Part shown: in pieces, positions 8,172 to 16,046 of the stretch | Layout: the number at the start of each line of letters is the position of its first letter | How positions within the stretch are numbered: the first letter of the stretch is position 1 | Notes under the pieces: model-generated | Databases searched by the model: none | What the model saw: only the letters and a program-made list of their open reading frames with translations | What the model was told of the DNA's origin: nothing | Made by a program: the position numbers and the translations under genes | DNA from: a virus | Virus record (IMG/VR): IMGVR_UViG_3300012960_000001 | Span: 1-56,429 of that record | Length of the DNA: 56,429 nucleotides | Reading direction: 5' to 3' (one strand)

Positions 8172-8931
8172 TTCGTAGCTTTTGACAAATATTTTGTATG
8201 TGTTTATTTACTTGATATAGGCTGTAATCCCGGAAGAAATTATGCCCAGCAATGTATTCGGTCAACCCCTCCCATATCGTCGAAATTTGGCATGCTGTAG
8301 CCCCGTTTAGAGGATCGTATGGAGTTTTCTCCTGATCGCAAATGAAGCTGGCAATTGATTGGAGAGCCGGTAAGTCTTTAAACTTGTCAACAGGGTATTG
8401 CGGTTTTGCTTTTTTCCAAATCGACAGCATTTGCGGAATTAAAAACTGATCTTCCCCCACACCCCTATCTTTTTTTTCATTTTCTATTTCATTTTCTATT
8501 TCATTTTCTATTTCATTTTCTATTTCATTTTCTAAAAGGCTTTTCTCCGGCTTTTCTCCGGCAAACCCGGGGTTAACCCGGGGCTTTTCTCCGGCATAAC
8601 CCCCGGCTTTATTTGGCGCCTTAGGACGACCCCCCTTTTTCCCTCTTTCAGATTGCGCCGCGCGGAAATTTTTACGTCGGTCGATTTCTAAATCCATTCG
8701 TTCGTTGAAGAATAATCCGTCGGCATCCTGTCTAAATTTTTCACTCACAATGGGCCATAGCTTATCAAAGCAACCACGAGAAAGCCTTATTATGGTATCG
8801 CGCGATAAATGTCCTTTTTGTTGTTGATGACATAGCAAATCAGTAAAAAACCCCTTTTCTTCAAAATTAAAATGTGAAGTCCCGGTAAGATAGTCGGACG
8901 CATACCATAAAACAGATGGATCTTTCGACAT
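8074..8931 (-). CDS. DUF1376 (YdaU-like) phage replication-associated protein with an internal repeat linker
   Basis: N-terminus WYASDYLTGTSHFNFEEKGFFTDLLCHQQQKG fits the DUF1376 pattern. Contains ENEIENEIENEI... and GEKP repeats. Confidence 0.65.
   Translation of the reverse strand: MSKDPSVLWYASDYLTGTSHFNFEEKGFFTDLLCHQQQKGHLSRDTIIRLSRGCFDKLWPIVSEKFRQDADGLFFNERMDLEIDRRKNFRAAQSERGKKGGRPKAPNKAGGYAGEKPRVNPGFAGEKPEKSLLENEIENEIENEIENEIENEKKDRGVGEDQFLIPQMLSIWKKAKPQYPVDKFKDLPALQSIASFICDQEKTPYDPLNGATACQISTIWEGLTEYIAGHNFFRDYSLYQVNKHIQNICQKLRNGTDAKKGSQAGAKFSSEQLNSAFAKFYSRSG
8476..8535. repeat. Tandem 12-bp repeat ttcattttctat x5 (in frame, encodes an EIEN repeat)
   Basis: Counted directly. Followed by gcttttctccg at 8539, 8550 and 8583, and aacccgggg at 8563 and 8574. 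Confidence 0.95.
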
Positions 8932-9557
8932 TATAACCTCCCTTTTTTGTGCAGGTCTAAACTCTTTTCACAAAGCCCAATAAATTCATTGAATTGAGTA
9001 TCCTCGGATGAATAGTCAATTTTATTCTTCAAAAAGTGTATTTGCCTAATTGCTTCAATTACTCCATCCCCGGTAGCAAATAACCAGTGACTTAATTCCT
9101 GATAAGAGTGATTTTCTAAATCAAGATATTCTGGATGATTGGATCTACTCATTTCTGTACCGCTCACCCTGTAGGTGGTCCAACCTAAATGTGATAGTGC
9201 CAAATCTCTTTCTCTGTCTTTGGCCCAATCCTTGTGAAACTCTTTACCATCCAATTCAAGAGCTATTTTAAAGTATGGGTTTCCGAAATCAATAAAGTAT
9301 TTTCCAACGGGATATTGTGGATATAGTACGACTGAGCCTTTCACTCGCATACAGTTCCAGGCCAACTTTTCAATAGGACTAAAAAATGTGTTGTAATCTA
9401 CTACGTAAGAGTAATACCATTTCGTTGGATATTTTTTTGCTAGATCAAGTATATATTTTTCATGTGTGGTATAGAACTCTTTTAAGTCTTCCAGGATCGC
9501 GAAGTATCGTTTCCTTTCTTCGGTCTTTACCATTTCATCATATTCTTCTCTGTTCAT
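8931..9557 (-). CDS. DUF559/Vsr-like endonuclease-fold protein
   Basis: C-terminal FIDFGNPYFKIALELDGKEFHKDWAKDRERDLALSHLGWTTYRV resembles DUF559 / very-short-patch repair nucleases. Confidence 0.55.
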   Translation of the reverse strand: MNREEYDEMVKTEERKRYFAILEDLKEFYTTHEKYILDLAKKYPTKWYYSYVVDYNTFFSPIEKLAWNCMRVKGSVVLYPQYPVGKYFIDFGNPYFKIALELDGKEFHKDWAKDRERDLALSHLGWTTYRVSGTEMSRSNHPEYLDLENHSYQELSHWLFATGDGVIEAIRQIHFLKNKIDYSSEDTQFNEFIGLCEKSLDLHKKGRL

Positions 9558-9572
9558 AATTCCACTTTTTTG

Positions 9573-9860
9573 TTATAAGCAAATTTTCCCCCAACCAGCG
9601 ATATTGAAGAAGCCGTTCTTTTCCCACGGTTCCTCACCCGCTTTAGCCTCCACCGGTGCTACCTTCTCCGGCACACTCTGCCCTTCTAATATCCCCAGCT
9701 GGTAAGTATGCCCGAATCGCCCATTGCCGGAGTGCATACAAACCCTTAGTCTTGATGCGGTAATACCCTCCGCTTTAGCTGCTTTGTTGACGGACTCAAA
9801 GGTGTCCACCAGGTTACCTTCTTTATCGTACTTTAGTACTGGTCTGCTGTGTCGTCCCAT
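9573..9860 (-). CDS. NUMOD1-like DNA-binding protein
   Basis: VLKYDKEGNLVDTFESVNKAAKAEGITASRLRVC resembles the NUMOD1 module of homing-endonuclease families. Confidence 0.45.
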   Translation of the reverse strand: MGRHSRPVLKYDKEGNLVDTFESVNKAAKAEGITASRLRVCMHSGNGRFGHTYQLGILEGQSVPEKVAPVEAKAGEEPWEKNGFFNIAGWGKICL

Positions 9861-9862
9861 GG

Positions 9863-10132
9863 CTATTCCCCCTCTGGTTCTTCGTTAAAATGTGGAATCT
9901 TATCCGTTTCTTCCGATATGTCAGAGAACTTATCATCCGCTTCCAGATATACGCACATGAAGGCAGTAATGCCTTGTCTAAGCGAATCCATGGCATCCTG
10001 CAGCTCGTCTGCCGTTACGGTTATTTCTCCGCCATCGTAAGTGTTTTCATGCAGAATGTTTACTAATTTTGTGTATGCGATGGCGGTGTTTCTTCTCAGC
10101 CCATTTATATTTACGGTCATTTCTCGTTTCAT
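9863..10132 (-). CDS. Hypothetical protein
   Basis: Track ORF, 89 aa. Confidence 0.6.
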   Translation of the reverse strand: MKREMTVNINGLRRNTAIAYTKLVNILHENTYDGGEITVTADELQDAMDSLRQGITAFMCVYLEADDKFSDISEETDKIPHFNEEPEGE

Positions 10133-10153
10133 GTTTACAAATTTTTAGTTACT

Positions 10154-10546
10154 CTATTCCTCCCATTCACGGATTAAAACGGTGGTTATATATTTGCGAA
10201 ATGAGTTGATTTCATATTTTGCTTCTTTTTCTGAAGACCAGACACTACCCATACCATAACTTATTGTTTCCTCGTGCTCATTCTGGTAAGAATATATATT
10301 AACCCATTCCTGCTTTTTAACAGGGGCCATGAAGAGATCATATGAGTGTTGTTCTGGCAATTCAAATCCTTTTGTTTGTTCAACACCATATCTTCCATTC
10401 TTTTGCCAAAAGCAAACATTTAGGTCAAATTCTCCAACAATTGGCGTTAGGGGATTACTGCATGTTCCAATATACTTCCATGGCTTCCCGCACCTCATAA
10501 CTATCGGATCTCCCGCTAATGCTCGTTCAAGATTAAATTCCTTCAT
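10154..10546 (-). CDS. Hypothetical protein
   Basis: Track ORF, 130 aa. Confidence 0.6.
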   Translation of the reverse strand: MKEFNLERALAGDPIVMRCGKPWKYIGTCSNPLTPIVGEFDLNVCFWQKNGRYGVEQTKGFELPEQHSYDLFMAPVKKQEWVNIYSYQNEHEETISYGMGSVWSSEKEAKYEINSFRKYITTVLIREWEE

Positions 10547-10557
10547 TCTTTAGTATA

Positions 10558-10848
10558 TTAGTTTTTGAATGGATAAAATGAATATTCCCGTACCGTTACT
10601 TCTTCCCCGTTTGCGTCCTTTACTTTTATATACCGTTTGAATATATCCTTTCCTTGTTCAATTAGCATTTTCGGGAGGTCAGAAGTGCGGGAGTTTAGAT
10701 AACCAATACCTAATTCTTTCATTGCTGGGTGAAAACAATGGATGGTATTACCAGCAGCTAAGAAGTCGTACAAACGTTTATTCTGGCCGCTTAATCTATC
10801 GACATTAATCGGGCTTGTAGTTTGAAAGGTGATTTCTAGCTGCTGCAT
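10558..10848 (-). CDS. Hypothetical protein
   Basis: Track ORF, 96 aa. Confidence 0.6.
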   Translation of the reverse strand: MQQLEITFQTTSPINVDRLSGQNKRLYDFLAAGNTIHCFHPAMKELGIGYLNSRTSDLPKMLIEQGKDIFKRYIKVKDANGEEVTVREYSFYPFKN

Positions 10849-10849
10849 A

Positions 10850-11278
10850 TTATGGGATGTTAAAGCCGGATAAGGTAAATACTTTCTGTTCTTCTTTTAA
10901 GGCGCTGATACAGGAACGAAGGAAATCGATTATATGAGTGCAGGAACGGTGAACCCTTTCTATAAACTCATAGGTGCCCTCTTGTTCGCCGGCGCGTGCC
11001 TGCACGTAATCCTTAGCCATAGATGGCGGTACTGTTAATCCTTGGGACATCCTGCTGAAAACAAATGAATCGTAAGCCTTTGATACCTCTTTACGCCATA
11101 CCTTTTTAGCAATTGCCATCTGTTGTCCAGTAAAAGCCAGGTGAGCCGATAGCCGACCGCCCAAGTCTATAAGGTTAGCAATAGACTGCGTGCTGGTGAT
11201 TTCCAGGTTAATGGCCTCTAATTCTGACTGGATGGCTTCCACTTGGCTAGTTTGTAGTTCTATATTCATAACACCCAT
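10850..11278 (-). CDS. Hypothetical protein
   Basis: Track ORF, 142 aa. Confidence 0.6.
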   Translation of the reverse strand: MGVMNIELQTSQVEAIQSELEAINLEITSTQSIANLIDLGGRLSAHLAFTGQQMAIAKKVWRKEVSKAYDSFVFSRMSQGLTVPPSMAKDYVQARAGEQEGTYEFIERVHRSCTHIIDFLRSCISALKEEQKVFTLSGFNIP

Positions 11279-11658
11279 GATTTAAACTTTTCATTGCATG
11301 CCGTCACGACAAGTTTGCATTCTTCTACATCGAACATACCGATATGCGTATATTCTGGTGTTATTCCTATAGACTCACTTAGCCATTTATAAGCTGCCGG
11401 CCTTTTCATATTCCCACTTTGCCAAAGGCGGTCAAAGGAGGCATGGGCCGCTTTCTTCCATTCCCTTAATTCAGCATTGGCCAGACGCCCAAGCGCTTTG
11501 TTAGTCCCCTTATGGACGCCAACCCAAGACTGGCAAGGCCAGCAGAGATATATCATACCAAATGAGCAACCATAAACCACTACACTATCTATATATTTTG
11601 TCTTATCGTGACAGTATGGGCATTTTTGACCGGATAATATTTCAGGATCGGTGATCAT
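11266..11658 (-). CDS. Zinc-finger protein (DUF3268-like)
   Basis: CPYCHDKT...YLCWPCQSWVGVHKGTNKALGRLANAELREWKKAAHASFDRLW. Confidence 0.5.
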   Translation of the reverse strand: MITDPEILSGQKCPYCHDKTKYIDSVVVYGCSFGMIYLCWPCQSWVGVHKGTNKALGRLANAELREWKKAAHASFDRLWQSGNMKRPAAYKWLSESIGITPEYTHIGMFDVEECKLVVTACNEKFKSWVL

Positions 11659-12269
11659 GACTTACCTAATATGATTTTGAAAGAAGATTTAGAGGTCTTG
11701 GAAGGTCCTATAAGTGTTTCTCCGGTGGATTCGTCTACTAAAGCGCTGCCTGCAGGAATCATTTTGAGCCTCTTCTCTATCTCATTCTTTTTTTCTTGTA
11801 TCGCTTTTATCTGTTTGTCCAAGGCATCCCATTCAGGATTTGCGGAGTAATCATACTTGGTTCCGGTCTCTGCCAACTCAAACTTTACCCCTCTACCGGT
11901 GGTATAGCCTTTACCGTACTTTTTGATTTCATCCATGACGGCGGACCTGAATTCTTTATCGCCTTCGCTGCCCTCTGTGCCATGGATTACATCCTTTAGC
12001 TTACAGAAGAACTGGATTGCTTCTAGGTATTCAAACATTCCCCGGCCCTCCTCTAAGATCATCGTGCGCATCTGCTGGTGGAACTCCGTTACGTTCTGCT
12101 TAGTCAGGCGCAGGATGGTACCGGGCACGATTTCAGACACAACCGGGTAGTTGGCCATGGCATCCTGGTACTCGGCGTATTTTTGATCCTGTAGATGGCC
12201 CTGTTCTCTGTATGCCATGTCAGCGTTCATTTCATGCTCTGACATTTCTTCGAATAAGTCTTTGCTCAT
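11655..12269 (-). CDS. Hypothetical protein translationally coupled to RecT
   Basis: 204 aa. 4-nt overlap with recT. No nuclease motif recognised. Confidence 0.6.
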   Translation of the reverse strand: MSKDLFEEMSEHEMNADMAYREQGHLQDQKYAEYQDAMANYPVVSEIVPGTILRLTKQNVTEFHQQMRTMILEEGRGMFEYLEAIQFFCKLKDVIHGTEGSEGDKEFRSAVMDEIKKYGKGYTTGRGVKFELAETGTKYDYSANPEWDALDKQIKAIQEKKNEIEKRLKMIPAGSALVDESTGETLIGPSKTSKSSFKIILGKS

Positions 12270-13003
12270 GCGGTTTGTTTTTCAGATTTTAATTGGCTTT
12301 TACGCGCGGAGAGTTTGGATTTCAAATCCGGATTGCCCTCAAACATCGTGGCATGTAGTTTATAAAGTTTGCCTAACTCGTTAACCGTTTCGGACATATC
12401 GATTAGTAATTCAATATCCGTTTCGGTCTGTGCGGGCAGCAGCGTAACATCAGATGTTTCAGGATTATCACTTTGTTGCATTTCATCGTTTGTATAGAGA
12501 CCAGACAAATCTTGGGGATATGCTTTTCGGAGTGCCAATGCCTCAGCTACCTTAGATAGCATGGTATGCGGCATTTTAAGCCACATCTGATCCTGACCAG
12601 ACTGCGGAACATATTCATTCCAGTATGCCACGCCCACCGCTGCTTCATACCTTATATCCCCACGGAAACGATAAACGGTTACTTCAGCCGATATTAACCT
12701 TCCATCCTGCTCACAGAATACTGGTTTGCCCTGACCGCCATAGTCCCCGCTACGTTCAGCAATAACCCGGAAACCGTCTATGGAAGTTTGAATGGTCATT
12801 TTCTTTTCATACTGCCCGGTTTCTTTGTTTTTAGCATTACGCAGCATGCAGTATATCTGACGGGTTAACGGGTCTAGCCCGGTGCGGCGGCACTGATAAA
12901 GAAATAACTTTAGCTGGTCGTCGTTGGTTCCAGGGGCAATTTGCTTTTTAATCAAGTCAACCTGATCATTGTTAAAGTCTATTTTCATTAATCCCTTTTC
13001 CAT
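12266..13003 (-). CDS. recT: RecT-family single-strand annealing protein
   Basis: LKLFLYQCRRTGLDPLTRQIY...TSIDGFRVIAERSGDYGGQ, typical RecT/Bet core. Confidence 0.88.
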   Translation of the reverse strand: MEKGLMKIDFNNDQVDLIKKQIAPGTNDDQLKLFLYQCRRTGLDPLTRQIYCMLRNAKNKETGQYEKKMTIQTSIDGFRVIAERSGDYGGQGKPVFCEQDGRLISAEVTVYRFRGDIRYEAAVGVAYWNEYVPQSGQDQMWLKMPHTMLSKVAEALALRKAYPQDLSGLYTNDEMQQSDNPETSDVTLLPAQTETDIELLIDMSETVNELGKLYKLHATMFEGNPDLKSKLSARKSQLKSEKQTA

Positions 13004-13159
13004 CTTAGTGTTTTTCGGTGTTTTAGTTATTTTTCGCCAATCTCCTGGCTATTATCCTTTCCTTTGCCTCCTTTATTAACTTTATTTTAGTTTTCCAGAA
13101 TAGATCATGCTTGCATTTACGGGAGGTGTAGAGAAAGGGTAGGAGGTAAGGAAGGAGTG

Positions 13160-13432
13160 TCATGTTGTGCGGTTTTTGTACTGTTCTATAGCCTTTAGAA
13201 GCATTTCCTCCGGATATTCCTCGTAAAATGATCCTAATATCTCCTGTTCAATGTTGTAATCAAAGGGATCATTAAAATCTACATAGGCTGTCCAATAAGC
13301 CCTTACTTCGCGATAGCACATCAACTGCATAAGATCATCCGCGGCCTTATCTACATTACTGGTTCCACGCATATCAACCCCATACCGGTCCTGATCGTGC
13401 TTCCAAAGTGTTTCTAATATCTGTTCTCTCAT
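13160..13432 (-). CDS. Hypothetical protein
   Basis: Track ORF, 90 aa. Confidence 0.6.
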   Translation of the reverse strand: MREQILETLWKHDQDRYGVDMRGTSNVDKAADDLMQLMCYREVRAYWTAYVDFNDPFDYNIEQEILGSFYEEYPEEMLLKAIEQYKNRTT

Positions 13433-13504
13433 TTTGCTAGTATTTTAATCAGGTAATAAACAACAGTCCCCACAGTAGCCCATCTTATAGTAAGGCCAAG
13501 GTCG

Positions 13505-13822
13505 TTATGGTTGTAGCGTAGTCTCATCTGAAATATTGTTTAGTCTATCAATTTCAGCGGCTATAAGTGCGCCTGCTTTGGCCAGTTCATGTATCCGATC
13601 TTCAGGGCAAGGCTTCCACCACAGATATTCCCATGGCCATTCTACTGGCGTCGGAACAAAAAGATTATCCCTATAAGTTCTTTTAGAGATGGGCAAAGCG
13701 TAGCAAGCGGCAGCAATGGCCAGTTCGTTATTCTCATGTTCTGCATCATGTTCGATTGTCCAACCTTCCGCTTCTATCTGCCGCTGACGTTCTTCTGCGA
13801 TTATTTCTATACCTGTTTTCAT
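13505..13822 (-). CDS. Conserved-looking phage hypothetical protein
   Basis: IIAEERQRQIEAEGWTIEHDAEHENNELAIAAACYA, a pattern common in phage early proteins of unknown function. Confidence 0.6.
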   Translation of the reverse strand: MKTGIEIIAEERQRQIEAEGWTIEHDAEHENNELAIAAACYALPISKRTYRDNLFVPTPVEWPWEYLWWKPCPEDRIHELAKAGALIAAEIDRLNNISDETTLQP

Positions 13823-13840
13823 AAATTGTTTTTGGGTGAG

Positions 13841-14128
13841 TTAAAGTTGTACGGGTTCTTGGATTAAGTTTTCAATGTCAATGTTCATGGGTGGCTGGAC
13901 TTCAATAAAGTTTTGACTATGCCAGGACATTTCATCATAGACTGTTTTGCCTTTGTCTAAAAAAAACTCGTTGCCGTTTATTACTTCATCCAATAAAATC
14001 CCAAAACCATCCGCATATGTATCTACTTCCCTGATTGTGTAGATTAATCCCTTTTCTGGGACATTGTATCCTGCTGCTTTTGATACCGGGAAACCTTTAA
14101 TACATTGCACCAATGAGCCAACACGCAT
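13841..14128 (-). CDS. Hypothetical protein
   Basis: Track ORF, 95 aa. Confidence 0.6.
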   Translation of the reverse strand: MRVGSLVQCIKGFPVSKAAGYNVPEKGLIYTIREVDTYADGFGILLDEVINGNEFFLDKGKTVYDEMSWHSQNFIEVQPPMNIDIENLIQEPVQL

Positions 14129-14141
14129 GATTCATCTTTTT

Positions 14142-14173
14142 AAAACCGCAAGGCCTGTCCGTGTACCTGGCGG
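14142..14173 (-). terminator. Candidate intrinsic terminator downstream of the esterase gene
   Basis: Minus-strand RNA CCGCCAGG-(12 nt)-CCTTGCGG, 7 of 8 bp, followed by TTTT. Confidence 0.45.
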
Positions 14174-14220
14174 CTATCCTTAATTTAATGTTGCCTAACA
14201 TCAAGGACTAGGCATTGTCC

Positions 14221-15156
14221 TTATTGAAAGATCACCGTATTACCCTCAACTGTTTCAACAGTGATCCGTTTCGCGTTCTTAATGTCGTAGATAATTGTAT
14301 CCTTAACCGGTGGTTTGACTATGTAGGGAGTGGTAAATGTTGCAAACCATTCGTACATGTTCACCTGGGTAGGGTAGCCGTTTGGTAGGAGATAAGACCA
14401 CTTAACAGTTGGCTCTTTAGCTGCAGTGCCATATAAAGCGCCCCATCCACCATGCCCACCGGAATACATGGTAAGATCCCCAACTCCGCCGGCGTCTGTA
14501 TATGCCTTTAGCCAGGTTTTAGCATTATTGGTAAACCCATCCAAAGTACCAGACCAGAACCTATAAGGAACACTGTCCTTTACCAGCTGCGGTATTTTAG
14601 GGAGGTTAGCCAGAAAGTCACCTTGTGGGCTGGCGGATACCACTGCTTTAACTCGCCGGGCATGTATGGTATCTGTAGAGGCGTACATAGGGGCGCAGCT
14701 GCCGCCGAATGAAAGACCAGTTACGAAGATGTTATTGGTATCTATCGGCAGATGTAGTATGTTAATGCAGTAATTCAGCGTGTAGTCCATTGCCGTAGGC
14801 CAAGGGCAGCCCCACCGGTCTTGTGCCTGGATAACGATAAAGTACACCTTCTGATTAGTCAACGGATTGACTGCCTGCGGTGACCATCCGCCCTTTATCC
14901 GTTTCGGTAGACCATCCTCTGAAGTAAGTCGGGTGCTATCCGAATCCCGGGAAGGGGTAGCGGTAGACGTTGTGCCTGCGCCACCAAAGGATATGATTAG
15001 CGGGTACTTCTTGTTTAAGAAGTCCTTAGCCTCGTAAGGAACAGAAATGAATGTCCAGACTTGTTCGTATGGACTTTTGGGTGCCTTAACTATTTTATAT
15101 TGACCAGTAACCGGCAGGACGAGCCCTAAAAGAATGGCGATAAGTAACTTTCTCAT
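14221..15156 (-). CDS. Secreted alpha/beta-hydrolase (esterase/depolymerase-like)
   Basis: Signal peptide MRKLLIAILLGLVLPVTGQ. Nucleophile elbow GLSFGG. PLIISFGGAG oxyanion-like region. Confidence 0.65.
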   Translation of the reverse strand: MRKLLIAILLGLVLPVTGQYKIVKAPKSPYEQVWTFISVPYEAKDFLNKKYPLIISFGGAGTTSTATPSRDSDSTRLTSEDGLPKRIKGGWSPQAVNPLTNQKVYFIVIQAQDRWGCPWPTAMDYTLNYCINILHLPIDTNNIFVTGLSFGGSCAPMYASTDTIHARRVKAVVSASPQGDFLANLPKIPQLVKDSVPYRFWSGTLDGFTNNAKTWLKAYTDAGGVGDLTMYSGGHGGWGALYGTAAKEPTVKWSYLLPNGYPTQVNMYEWFATFTTPYIVKPPVKDTIIYDIKNAKRITVETVEGNTVIFQ

Positions 15157-15383
15157 TGTTTATTTTCTCCCTGGCTCTCCGCAGGGCTGGTTAAGCGTGT
15201 TTCGTTTATTTCGACGAAATCTGAATCATTAAATGTTTGGCCGTTTCCACATATCCACCAATAATGCCTATTGACATAGTATTTAGCTATTATCCACCCG
15301 GAGGTAATTTTCACCCAATAATATCCTGGTTCTCTTTTCATCTTATTTAGTTTCCTGCTGACCGGCAGTAGCGGCTTTTCCAA
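15153..15383 (-). CDS. Hypothetical protein
   Basis: Track ORF, 76 aa. Confidence 0.55.
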   Translation of the reverse strand: MEKPLLPVSRKLNKMKREPGYYWVKITSGWIIAKYYVNRHYWWICGNGQTFNDSDFVEINETRLTSPAESQGENKQ

Positions 15384-15636
15384 TTGATTTATTTGTTAAT
15401 TGCCGTTTATATGCCATTGTATAGGGGCTTATAGCCTCCTCAAGCGAATGATAGTGACCATATTCATACCATCTACGCCCGATTTTTTCCATCAGAAAAT
15501 ACTTAGCCGTAGGATGACGTTTATCATCGTATATAACACGTAACACATTACGCCGTTTGCCCCAAGTCTGCCAGCCATCAGCAAGTATTCGATTGTCAGC
15601 CCTATTTGCTCCACAGAATTTTATCTTATGTTCCAT
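15343..15636 (-). CDS. Hypothetical protein
   Basis: Track ORF, 97 aa. Confidence 0.55.
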   Translation of the reverse strand: MEHKIKFCGANRADNRILADGWQTWGKRRNVLRVIYDDKRHPTAKYFLMEKIGRRWYEYGHYHSLEEAISPYTMAYKRQLTNKSIGKAATAGQQETK

Positions 15637-15719
15637 TTATTCGTTTTTTAATTAACAGCAGCAGTATCTACTCCCAGCTACCGTTTTTTCAGTTCAGCTT
15701 TGATTATCCAAAGCCTTAG

Positions 15720-15803
15720 GGGAAGCGATCAGATTCGAACTGATACCTAGAACCACATTTTAAGTGGATGACATAGCCATTACGCCATTATACCCACACT
15801 TCC
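15720..15803 (-). tRNA. tRNA-like gene, non-canonical (oversized D region; anticodon loop UUAAAAU would read AAA)
   Basis: Minus strand: acceptor GGAAGTG/CGCTTCC (7 bp with one GU). Perfect T arm ATCAG-TTCGAAT-CTGAT. Anticodon-like CCAC-TTAAAAT-GTGG. Tandem TAATGGC duplication in the D region gives 84 nt. Confidence 0.45.
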
Positions 15804-15806
15804 CAT

Positions 15807-16046
15807 TTAAACTAATTCGAATTGTTCAGCATTTACCCAAATCTCATCGGGGAAGTAACCCCCTGGCATGTTAGAATTTAGTCTACCTTTTATTCTCAAA
15901 TCACCGCATTCAGATATGTCTATAACCTCATATTCTACATCTTTCAGGCAATAATCAATGGCCCATGTAAACATGCACGTACCTTCGGGTTCAACCCTGC
16001 TGTCTGTATCTTTAAATAGAACCTTATTCCCAATATTGAATGCCAT
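15807..16046 (-). CDS. Hypothetical protein
   Basis: Track ORF, 79 aa. Confidence 0.6.
   Translation of the reverse strand: MAFNIGNKVLFKDTDSRVEPEGTCMFTWAIDYCLKDVEYEVIDISECGDLRIKGRLNSNMPGGYFPDEIWVNAEQFELV

Noticed and set aside
8476-8535. Possible CRISPR array
   Set aside because: The units are 12 bp and directly abutting with no spacers, they lie in frame inside a CDS, and no cas genes are present. This is a simple tandem repeat, not a CRISPR array.
15720-15803. tRNA-like element as the attP core
   Set aside because: It lies about 16 kb from int across the circular junction (about 40 kb within the window coordinates), inside the early operon. The attP repeats are adjacent to int instead.
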